NCBI GenBank assembly: GCA_965202585.1
Contig: OZ241831.1
Span: forward strand, 41,664,001 to 41,728,000
Direction: 5' to 3'
Length of the DNA stretch: 64,000 nt
Origin: Thalia democratica
Lineage: Eukaryota
Below the pieces are notes generated by a model. That model saw nothing but the letters and a program-made list of their open reading frames with translations, searched no databases and was not told the DNA's origin. A program made the position numbers and the translations under genes. Below, in pieces: positions 9,001 through 20,882 of the stretch; position 1 is the stretch's first letter; each line of letters opens with the position of its first letter.

Positions 9001-12000
9001 TGTGTGTGTCTTAAGATATTTCTCTTGATAAAGATGCCCTCATAAATATCTTATTTTTAATACAACTTACATAGTACTTATACATTTGCAAATATGAACC
9101 ACAAAATATGTCCTAACTTATCGTTTCCTATCTTATGGGATCAATAAAAACTGCTACGGATAGAAATGAAGACATGTCTTCTTAAAATGAACAACATTGT
9201 ACTTGTGGAAACTTTACTAAAATTAATAGTAACAATAATTTTGCTTTAAACGACTACTTTAAATCAATTAAATAAACTAATTATCAAACCCAGAATTATT
9301 AACTCTTAAACCTAAAAATTATATAACAAACATTAAATTATAACTGACTGATAGTTTAATTTGCGATAAAACAAAAATATTTATATAAAAATTGAGATTC
9401 ATTTCCGGTTGTTGCCCGTCCAGTTGCACAAACTGTTCTTCAGATCCAAGTTGCTTCCTTTAAAATTTATTTATAGTTATACTACTTAATACCATATAGA
9501 CTATTATGTTTTTTTGTTTGTTTAAAACTCTATTTGGTTGAAAAAAGACTAATTAAATATTATTTAGTTTTTAAGCATATTTTTCGGTTTAGTATAAATT
9601 AAATGCAATTCCGTGCTATTAATAAATAATACAGGCACAACTGTTATTAGATACACAAAAAGTAGCAGACTAGCTTAAATTAATTTTTACAATAGTAATT
9701 TTTTAAAAACTTAAATAATGTCAAAGGAGTAAACTAAAACAAAAATATTTTGGAGACTTAAATTTAATACTAATAAATCACATAAAAAAAGCCAAAAATA
9801 ATAAGGTTTTACTACTAATTACGTATTTAAAATACTTCATAAACATTAGTTTTACACTGAAAACGATAAGATACATATTAAATTAAATACTTTACCATTA
9901 CTCAGAGACGATTATAAGTTTATTAATTCGGTAGACTAAAAATAATAATATTTTAGGTGTTAGGGATATAAATTATTTTGACTTATATTTCATATATATT
10001 TATGTTAATCGAAAATTGTTAATGAAAAAACATTATACTGACGTGGAAACAAATACACCAGTGATTTAGCTCGATTAAAAGATGTAGTCCTTTTATCAAT
10101 GTTTAAATAGATGTTTAATTAAAAACAAAGCATTGTCTTTGAAAAAATTTACAACCTACTAGAAATTAAATAAACATTAAAACACTATCTGAAAGCATGC
10201 TGTTTAAATAAAATGTTAAGTTAACATTACAAAAAATACTACGTTAAACCACTATCAAAGCTGCTACAATTTTCACACAACTACTTGAAAAAGACTTACA
10301 TCTTTAACTAAATAATAAATAAACCGGTAGAACTTTTTTAGTAGAGAAAGCTATAAACGAGTGTAAACAAAATTACTTCATTTAAAATCATTTAAAATGT
10401 ATGTATATGCATTTAGTATTTAACATTAATATTCTAACAAAACTTAGTAAACTATTACTAAATTTAAATAAAAAATATTGACAAATACATTGCATTTTTA
10501 TTGAAGTAGAAAACTTTTCTAAACACACTTATCAACTACTGTTGTGTTTAACTAAGCTATAAATAGTATTAACATGTATTAAAGTTACTTATTGGTTACT
10601 TCATTATAAGTTTAAATAAAAATGTGAAATAAATACTGTTTAAATAAAAATTTTTTGAAAATTAAATAGACAATACTTTTTAAGCATAAGTTAATAGAAA
10701 ACAACTTAAGATGGTAAAAGGATATTACAATAAAGTATATACATATGAAACTTTTAGAGTCAATAATAATAATAGATAAGGCTATGAAAACATTAGAAGT
10801 AAAATATAATCATCTGAACTTAAATAATTACTTATGTAAAAGGAATAAAGCAAGTTATGTATTTAAAAACTAAAATTTCAGAACATGTTATAGTATACTT
10901 ACGCAATTAAAAAAAGTATTTAAAGTAAACTGAACAAAAATATTTAAACATTAAAAAAAAACAACTATAACAGTTTGTACAAGTTAGTATTGTAAACTAT
11001 TAATAAAAAGAATATGTTATTATCTATACATAGTAATACTTATTCATTTAACATAACTTTTTTCCTTTACATTAATTTGGTAAAAAAAGAAGTATTGCTA
11101 TGTAAAAGTATACTAAAAATAAAAAATATTTTAAATTAATTACTAATAAATTTTAAAGTTATTTCTATACTTTCTTTTATTAGTAAAATTATTAAAATTT
11201 TATTAAAGGCTGAAACTTTTTAAATATTGACTCTCTAATAAGTCAAGTATGTTAATCAATAATTCTAACTACCTTTCTTAACTCCGCCAGTTGATAGTTT
11301 GTAGCGCTGATAGAGGTCACTTCGGCTTACGTGTGTCATCAAAGCTCCGTGTCACTCAAACTTATTTCCTTCCACAACATGTTTACTTGACTGTAAAATA
11401 AATATATTATAATTCATACACATTTGATTAAAGTTTTATAAAAATTGAAATAACTGGTTAATAATCTAACTGTTTTAAAAAGTTAACTGATTGTTAAAGT
11501 TTGTGCGAGTTTAAAACTAAAAAAAACTTACTTGGACACACAAACTTGCTAAACTTAAACCTTGAGACTTCCAGTCTCCACAGTGTGCTCAGTAGGGTTC
11601 ATAAAAATTATTTTACTGTAAACAACTAATCAAGTCAGATGAAAAATGTGTTTGTAATTAAAGCTGTTTTCTTTTGTGAATATTGGAAAAGTCCAGTTAT
11701 AACATAAATTTTAAAAGTTCTTATTTTTAGACATTCAAAAGATGACAAAACACTGTCTTTATAGTGAATTGTCCACAACTTTAGTTTTATTTATTTAGTT
11801 TGCACAGCTTCTGAAAGCATAAAGACCACTATGACCTGCAAGCACAATAGAAGTAAACAGTTTTTAAATATACTAATAAAAAAAATAGCATATTAAGTAA
11901 TGTGTTACATAAAATGATAAACTAGTATCAAAGTGTCATTATTGCTCCTTCTCTTTTTTACTAATAACAAGTTGCAATTTAATAAAACAAAACAAAGAGC

Positions 12001-12221
12001 ATAGTTGCACAATTTAATTTTTTTTAATAAACTTTAAAATGTATCAGATGTCAAATTATAGATGGCTACAATTCTTTTTTGTAAGATAATGAAAGTAAAG
12101 TTCTGACTTTTTAAAGCTACCTAGATAAGGTTATGAGTTTTTATGTTTAGTTTAAAATCTTCACCAACTCACTTTTAAATCTATATAAATTTTCTAAAGC
12201 TTTGATGTTATTGTTATACAC

Positions 12222-12473
12222 CAGGGTTTCCCAAACTTTTTTACTAATGGCCCCCTTCAACATATAGGTTACTCAAAAACTACGAAAAAATACACATATG
12301 AGCTTTTTTTTTGCTCTTCAACTGCAACTCCAGAATATCTAGTGTAAGTTTCAAGTTATAGCCTCATGGCCATGGCCCCCCTGTGGCTCCTTTACTGCTC
12401 ATGGCCCCCCCTCTTCCCCCTTTGCTGCTCATGGCCCCCTAGGGGGCCACTTTGCCAACTTTGGGAAACCCTG
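12222..12473. mobile_element. 252-bp hAT-type MITE
   Basis: 14-bp perfect TIR cagggtttcccaaa/tttgggaaaccctg, 8-bp TSD ttatacac/ttatacat (7/8 match), and internal ctcatggcccc repeats. Confidence 0.88.
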
Positions 12474-15124
12474 TTATACATCATAAAAACTTAATGGATC
12501 AACTTAAAATTTAAATATAAGGATCTATTTGAAACAAATGTCTCCAAGTGCAGTAACCTCTTCAAAAATAAGGACCTGTTTTGCAACTAGAACTTTCCTT
12601 TAAAAAGAAGTGTAATCATGTAAAATAATTTTTGTTTCATAATAAACCTTGCTTCACAATCATATTTAGTATAAAATTGTAGGTTTGTTTATAAATTAAT
12701 GTTTAAAAGTTTCACCACTATCAAGCTCCCATTATGTGAATTCAAATTATTTAAAATTAAGTTTTTTTAATGTTGTTTAATCTATAATATCATTTGAACA
12801 TAACATTAACATGGTTGTCACCTTTTAGAGCAAAAAAAGCTTGAAAAGACAGTCTGAGTAGGGATAAAATTTTATAAAAAAATTAATTATAACAGTAATA
12901 ATAATCAAGCTCAAATACTAAAATAATATAAATAGGACTTGATAAAAGATTTGTTTAAGAAAGAATATGTTTAAATTCCTTATATTTAAGAAAAGTGTAC
13001 AAACTATCTAAGTTTTGAAAAAAAAATGTACAAGCTTAAGTTTACTTAGCTGGGTGGCAATTCTGCTTAAGACATTTGAACAAAAAGTTCAAAAGAGTAT
13101 TTGATGTGTCACTCTTAAACTAAAACTTTGACTAACCTAAATATAAATTTTTCCCTTAAAAGAAATCAATCTTAAGTAAAACATTAATGGGCAGTTGTAT
13201 GAAAAGTAGTAAAAAATCAAGATTGTAGTCCTGACAGAGATAAAAAAAGGTAAAACTATGAAAATTTTTATATAAAATGAGAAAAATTAAAGGCAAAAGT
13301 GGAAGTAGTACTAACATGCATAATGAAACTTTACTAAGGTTGAGAAGCCATTGAAAAATCTTTATTTTAGTTCAAAAATTTTTTTAAATGAACTTCAAGA
13401 AAAAAAATAACAAACTGAAACTTTTGTAGAAATCTGTTTAAGTGTTAATAAATTTACATGTTTGTTAGTTAATTAAATTAATGCTAAGTTTAAAACTTAA
13501 ATTGACAGAACTTTGACAACTATAAAAGTATTAAAGTTGCACATATAATGGGACACTGGAATAGATATTTTTGAAGCAGGCTCAATTAATGTTTAAATTT
13601 TATTCATATTTAAAACTGTGCATTATTTTAAAATAAAGTTCAGTATACTATTTGACTAACTTAATTTAACAGTGTGGCCACTGGTTTATTGTAAATTTCT
13701 TCCAGATTTTTAGATATAATTTAATTGTTTATTTTTACTATATAATTAAAACTATATTAAAAACAAATGTCTAAAACACTATAGTATCATTAAATAATAC
13801 TATGGTTATAATTGTTTGTTTTTATTGATAAAGAATTTTATTTTTTAGAGAATTTTTATATCTCAACAAAATTTTACTACTTCACATGTAAAAGTAGTTC
13901 TAAATTCCAGGTTTTTTAGAGGTATTTGTTCAAAACTACAATTTTTTTCAAATTTCACTAACTACAGGTTATGCAGGGGTTTTTGTAAAATTTGTCTAAA
14001 AAGTCAAATTCCAGGTTTTTCAAGGACTCCAGATTTTTTTAGCACCCTGTTTTAATTATATTTTGTACCTTTAGTGATTTAGGTAACTATGATTGTATAC
14101 AACATAATAGTAACTGTAACAAAATTTAGAATAATGTCTTTTAGTATGATGTTAAATTTGGTACAAAAACTTGTAAATACAAAAGCAAATTTACATACCT
14201 TGAAAGTTTGAAAAGGGAGTTATTCCTGTGGAGCTCTGGGTTTCATTTTGTTTAGGATGACTTTCATCATTGAAGATCAGGAGGACAGTGAATATAGTTC
14301 TAAAAATTTATAACCTAAAATTAACATAGAATAACAAAATTTTTAAATAAATTTGTAGAGAAGTTTATTCAATTTTACAGAATAATTTGATGTCATGGTT
14401 TAAATGTCACAACTTACTTGGTTTTAATTGAACATGCCTCTGTGCCAAGGTATAAACAATAAGAGACAACAATTGCTTTTTTTTCACTACAAATAATGAA
14501 ACAACCATTTTAGAAGTGTTAATAAACATTTGAAAATTCGCTAAAAACTAGTACCAGAGAACAGTTTTACAATAAACACAAAAAAGGCATATTAATTTCT
14601 CGCTAACCTTTCAAGGCTTAAATAACTTAAAGTCAAAAATTGCAAAGCACAAAGTTATAAGCAATAAATTATCATTAAACCTAATAGTTTTTTTTTCAGA
14701 GCTTTATTTTTTAGCAACTGGATTTTCATAGTTATTGAGTAAGTAAATATATAATAGTTTGTAAGCTAAGAGCGCTTTGTTAATGATATAATATTTTATT
14801 TTGTTGTATAACATTAAATCTACTTTTAAAAAGACTAGTATTAAACAAAAGACAAGACCTGTTTAGGAAAAATATGAATTACAAAAGCTTTACTTTTATA
14901 CTACTCAAGTTTAAAACCTAAACATTAATGTTTGTTATTCATACGTTTTTTTAAGTTAATATTTTTTAGTTATCGGCAATAAATAAGTAAGTTTCAGCTT
15001 AAAACATTAGTAAACAATGATTAAAAAAATGTACTAAAATATTACAACTAGGCTTATAATTTTGTAGTTCGTAGCTATTTATTATATTATTATTATTAAA
15101 GCGTTAAAAAACCTTAAATTATAA

Positions 15125-15770
15125 GTCAAGGGACAGATATTTTACCACCAACCTAGATCAATGACAAGGATATCGCAAATGTGAAACACTTTGGATACCT
15201 TAGCTTCAGACTCCCACCCGTTGATCAAACTCATAGTTAGACACAGAAATAACTAGTCGCATAGGTAAGGCCTCAGGCACTTTCGCTTGTTTGTCTGCAA
15301 GAGTATGGGGTAACCAAAGTTAAGCATTCTTACAAAGTCTAACGTTTATTGTTCCTGTGTATGCAGTACTCTGCTATACGGTAGCGAAATAAGGATATTT
15401 ACTAGCGTCCTGGAGAAGAAAAAACAATACCTTTCATTAACAATGCCTTTGTCGCATCCTTAGAATTGCATGGAATCAAAAGATCACCAACGAGGAAGTG
15501 TTGAGACGTACTTGTGATACTACCATGTGGTTTACCCTCAGTCAGCGCAGGTTTCGCTGGGTCGTTCATGTTCTGAGGATGAGTGCTGAGCGAATCCCAA
15601 AGTTTGTCAATTGCACACGCTACAGAGGTCGTCCAACATTACGTTTTAACGACGTATGCAAGCGTGACCTAAAAAGCTGGAATATAAGAACTGGTGAATG
15701 GGAATCGTTTGCAAATGACCGTGCCAAATAAAGATCTACTGTTAACAAAAGTCTGAATGAAAGGAAAAAA
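15125..15770 (+). mobile_element. 5'-truncated, decayed RTE-clade LINE (C-terminal reverse-transcriptase region)
   Basis: Fragments LDTEITSRIGKASGTF..L..RVW, TK..VY..CV.STLLYGSE, FH..CL.RIL.I.W..KITNEEVLRR and RGRPTLRFNDVCKRDLK, interrupted by stops and frameshifts. Includes track ORF 15498-15731. Confidence 0.85.
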
Positions 15771-17232
15771 GAACTTTAAGAAAACGAAAAAATGAAATGA
15801 GAAGCGCAATGAATTTTATCAATTTGATTTTATTTATTTGTATTTTTATTTACTATTGACGCTTTTTTTAAATGTTTGTTGGATTCTTATAGTAATCTGT
15901 TATAGTTATGCTTAAGTTGGATCTTCTTGTCAGTTACATAGTTAGAATTTTTTCAAGGCAAGTAAATTTTAAAAATTAGACCTGCAAAAATTTAATATTC
16001 AGATATCCAACTATTACAGTTTATAAGTTATGCTGAAGTCTAGCGCTGCGGTTGTTTACAAATCTGTTACTTTTTTATAGTCAATTAGCTTTTATTTTCA
16101 GCTTAAGAATTTGCACAAGTTGTTCTATAACTTGCACAGGCCTACTTAGATAACCAAACTTATACAGAAGTTAGGCGAACTTGAACATTTTTCTTTTATT
16201 TCTAATCTTCGTATACCATAAAAAGTAACTGAAATTTTAAAGAAAGTTTACTAGAAGAGATTTGATCTCATTTTTTTAATTTAAATTTCAAAGGTTTAAA
16301 AAAAGTTTGTTGGTTCCCAGCAAAATTTACTGCTCTAAAGTTGAACTGTCTCTCAAAATAAACTGAAAATGTGCCAATTATGTAGTCAACAATACTACCT
16401 AAAACTTAAAACTTTTTGAATTATGCCGCTTTTATAACAAGTTTTTACAAAAAATGAATGTTAATTACAACTGATACTTAAAAAACTTCAACTTCAGCAA
16501 AACAAACTTATTTGTATTAAGTTTTTTGAAACTTTACCTGAACATTGTACTAAAAATATTCTTTTAATTATCGAACGTTGGCTAAAAATTAATTTTAAAG
16601 GTAAAATACGTTTATACAATTAATTTTAGAAATAAAAATTCTATAAAACCAAAAACTAATAAACTTAATTAAGATATCAGCCTTTGTTTTATCTTTTTAT
16701 AGTGAGTCTTTAATTACAACTTATTAAAAGCATAATAGAACAACAAATACATTGTTACATTAGCGGTTATTATACACAATGGAAGTTAAAAGTGAAAACA
16801 GATATGTTAAGTTACTAACTATTTGATTAAAGTAAACGTTTTCCGTATTCGTAAATTAAATCTTTGTTTTTGTTGCATAAATTATTTTATTATTCATGAA
16901 AGTCACAAGCTAAACTTTAAAAATATGATGATTGACCTAAGAAACTATTTGATATTTTTCTAATTAAGTTAATATTATTCAAGATATTGGTAAACTTCGG
17001 CCTATGGTAAAAACGTAGAAAGCAAACTAAAAACTGCTGCAGGTACTTTTAAGCTTAAACTGTACTTGTTTGAAACAATTTAGAAAAAGTTAAAACCCAA
17101 AACTTATTGATAGTTATTACTCAACTATTGTTTTTTGTTTAAATACCATTTATTTAGAATTTAGATAGTTATATTTATTATGATTAAAATATTATTGAAA
17201 CAACTGCAGTCCCGCAAGACTTATTTTTATAC

Positions 17233-17885
17233 TAGGGGTACGCAACGTTTTTCTATATACGGGCCGGATCCGGAAAAAATTATTCTTTAGCGGGCCGGAG
17301 CATTTTGAGTTAGTGATTTACCGGATCCAGCCGAATAATGAGTTTTTAGATTTGAATCCGACTAGATACTTATTTTAAGTCGAGATACGGATCTGGTCGG
17401 ATTCTTATGTAAATAAAAGTTTCGGATCCGGCCATAATTTAATTTTATGGATACAGTTGATCACTTTTTTACATCCTTCAAATTGAAAAAACTTTCTCAA
17501 GTCTGACAACTTAAGATGTAGATTGAGACATGTCAGAATTTTAAATAATGTCTATAAGTAGAATTGACATTGTAATTGACAAAGGTACGTATGTAAAAAA
17601 AAAAACACTTTGCTTGGGATATTTCACTAAAAGATATTCTAACTAATTTAGAGCAACACAAAATATTAGGACAAAATAGTGTGTTTATTAGTACACATTA
17701 TTTTATAAAGTAGTTTTTTATCATATTTTTTTAGTCAAATTCTTACAGTGATTTGTAAAAATATGATACAAAGTTTTATACAAGTTTTGTAATATTGACC
17801 CTTTGCAGGCCTGTAAATTTTCTAGCGGGCCAGTAATTTTCATTTGCGGGCCGGATCCGGCCCGAGGGCCGTACGTTAGCCACTT
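17233..17885. mobile_element. Degenerate hAT-like non-autonomous element with a nested ~155-bp MITE at 17312-17465 (also 38965-39617, 61430-62082)
   Basis: Ends are taggggtacgcaacgt and gggccgtacgttagccac, with subterminal gcgggccggatccgg motifs. The inner element has imperfect TIR agtgatttaccggatcc/ggatacagttgatcact (13/17). No TSD found. Confidence 0.55.
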
Positions 17886-18612
17886 TTTAAGGAAGCTTGG
17901 CTTGTTACTTGTAAAAGACTGCTGACACCTGTTTGTATACTAGTTTTTAATTTAAACATAATATTTTAATTATTTAGATCAATCAAATATTACGACAAAT
18001 ATCTCTACTACAGGGTTTTCAAAACTTTTTTTAAAAAACCCCTTTAAAGAAGTTAAAAAAGCTATGGCCTCATCCAACAAGATTTTTCGAAAAACTACCA
18101 TTAAAAGCAATTAATTTTTTTTAGCTACTTAACATCAACTTTTTGACTAGTAGTTGTAACTTAGATAAAGTATTTATGTTACTGTTAAATATAAAAAGGT
18201 AAAAAAAGCTACACTAACAATTCAACAACGACTGAATGTTTCGGGGAGAACCTGTAGATAAAAAGCCACTCAAGGGTTTGATCTGGACAAAGAAATGAGG
18301 AAATCTTTTACGAATGTAAGGGGTTGCTGCTAAGTAGAGCGATAGGTTGCATTTCGACTGAAATGATGCAATATAAGACGTAACAATTGGATGAATAGCA
18401 AACTTCGACTTAAAAGATGAAAAAGATGACGTAACAATTGAAAATCTTCGTAATTTTAAAATGACACAATACTGGCAACTTTGTTCCTTACATTACGGGA
18501 AGCGCGCTGCATTAAGCAAAACTAAGCTTTTATGCCAAAATTATTCAAGAAAATTAGCTTTCCTTTTGGGGAAAATTTACTTTTGCGCTGAAACTTCATA
18601 CACTTTAACTGG

Positions 18613-18800
18613 GTAAGCTGTCAAATTTGCACGAGCGTACAAAATTGCACGAGTGCACAAAATCGCTAAAATAAACTTTTGCACGAAGACACTATGCACG
18701 AGGGAATAAAATTGCACGACAATACATTTGCACGGGTTATTTTTTTCTTATTTAATTTATTTTTTTTATTATCACTTTTTACCCTAACGCTTACCCTCGG
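18613..18800 (+). repeat. Cluster of six tgcacg motifs, probable subterminal repeats of a DNA transposon (also 40345-40532, 62810-62997)
   Basis: tgcacg recurs six times within ~110 bp after gtaagctgtcaaat. No matching opposite end found. Confidence 0.5.
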
Positions 18801-20882
18801 TCGAAGAATCGAAACGTAGATGCCTAATAAAGTTTTTCATACTGTAATGAAATCAATATTTGATTTTATTATTTTAAATAAATAAGTTAAAAAGGAGTTT
18901 TTTGTTTCGACGGCGTAAAACATTCATAATTCTTAGAAATAAGTTATTTTAAACCGAAAACAATAATGAGCTTTCTGAAAACAATTTTCCAAGTTTTTAA
19001 AACATCATTGTTTACTCGAAGAAGTTAGTTTCTTTCCAGTGCGTGTATATTGGTGTTTGTGTTTCAAATACGCGTTAGTTAGTTAAGTTTTTGTGCGTTT
19101 CGTACGCCGTCTTAAGTCACGATGATGATCAACGCAACATCAAGTTAAGTTCAAGCCAATGAAGTAAAATCTACATCGAAAAAAGTATACGTTTTCTAGT
19201 GAAGAATAAGTTACACATTGTCAAGCAACCAGAACACCTAGTCGTGTCTAAGAACATGAATCTAAACGAGTTCCTTGATCGAACAATTCATTGTCGAGAC
19301 CATAAGTATTTTTGCATACATTTTATTATAATAGACCATTTGTTTATTAACTAATACAGTTCTTTCTTGAGTTTTAAAATGCTACTTGACATTAATTCAT
19401 AGAGCGTTTCAATCATGACTTGGTAACAAGTTACTTTAAGTTTTGTAACTTTAGTATTGTAAGCTGCTTTTAAGTAAAGCAGTCAGTTTAGCTTAAGTAC
19501 TTAGAAACCATGTTTAAGACGATAAACATAATCAGTTTAATAAATATTGTTCTGTGGTTATAATACTTTACTATGTTTTCAATAATATTTAATTCAATCT
19601 AAAACGATGTAAAAAATGTTTATCTTTAAGAAGTAGCAATAATTGGGTTATAACTTAACAATACTAAATACAAAAAAAAAAATTGTTTAAAAAATAATGA
19701 AGATTAACAGTTGTACTCCAAAAGCAAAAAATAAAAAAAGGATCAAAAAAAATATATGTTTGTTAAAAATAAAATCTATTAAAAGGTATAGAAAATTTAT
19801 ATGTATAAATTTTTTTTGCCCTTATAACTATATTTTAACCACTAAAAATACACCTAAAATTGAGTTTTTATTCTTAATAGTTTAAGTTTACTAGTTGTAT
19901 AAAAGGTTTTTTAATTTGGTCATAATAGGACCCGTAATTAACCTGTTTTCAAGGGCAAACTCTTATTGTCTTGTTTTGTCGAAACCATGTTACAAGGTTT
20001 TATAAAAATTTCGTAATATTATCTTTGGCGGGCCGGATTTCACAATGTGCTTTTTTCACATTTTATATTGTAAAAACGTGTTGCAAATTTATCTAATTTT
20101 TTTTTCGTACTGATTGTTTAAGACGTTGTGGTTAGTTTTAACAAGTTACTGATTTTATTTTGCTGAACTATGATTTTTTTATTCTATTTGAAAATTACTT
20201 CTATAATGTCTTAAAATAAATTATAAAAGTTATTGCTAGTTGCTTATTTTACAGAACTAACTGCACGAAAACTTTTCTCTATAGTTATTTTATTTAATAA
20301 GTAATATTATATATATTAAAACCTTAGAAACCAATCATAGAAAAAAAATAAAAGGACTTCTTAAATGATAACAAGTGTTATGCAGAAATTTGAGACATGA
20401 TTAAATCAAAAACATAATTATTTAAACAAAAAAGTAAAATGGATTTTAAATAACACTTATCAACTACTAGTTTTTATGATTGTTGTTTGTCGCTTATTTT
20501 ATATATTTATCGTATTTTTTGTTTTTATTTTTATACGTTTGCTTATCTTAGTTAAATTACTAATCAATTTATCTATAATTATGTAATTATAAACTGGTAA
20601 TCTGTCTCTAATTGATTTTGCTTAACTATGCTAATTAGTATTAATTGAATATTTTCTAATTAAACCTCTAAATGTTTATTTACTCAAAATTTATCTTTAA
20701 AATTAGTTGCTAACAAAAGAAGTTGATAATTATTAGCTAAAATCGATTTTACTTGTTTGTTTATAAAAATATTTTTTTAAAGGAATCATGTCTCAAATTT
20801 CTAATTAACATATGTATTACAAAAAAGTTATATAGTAGCAAGTAAAAATAATTATGTTATGTTTATTTTATAATTTGTACGC

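Noticed and set aside
13670-14049. Possible hAT element (cagtgtggcc ... ttccagg repeats ... gcaccctg)
   Set aside because: Left end too degenerate and no TSD, so boundaries cannot be supported.
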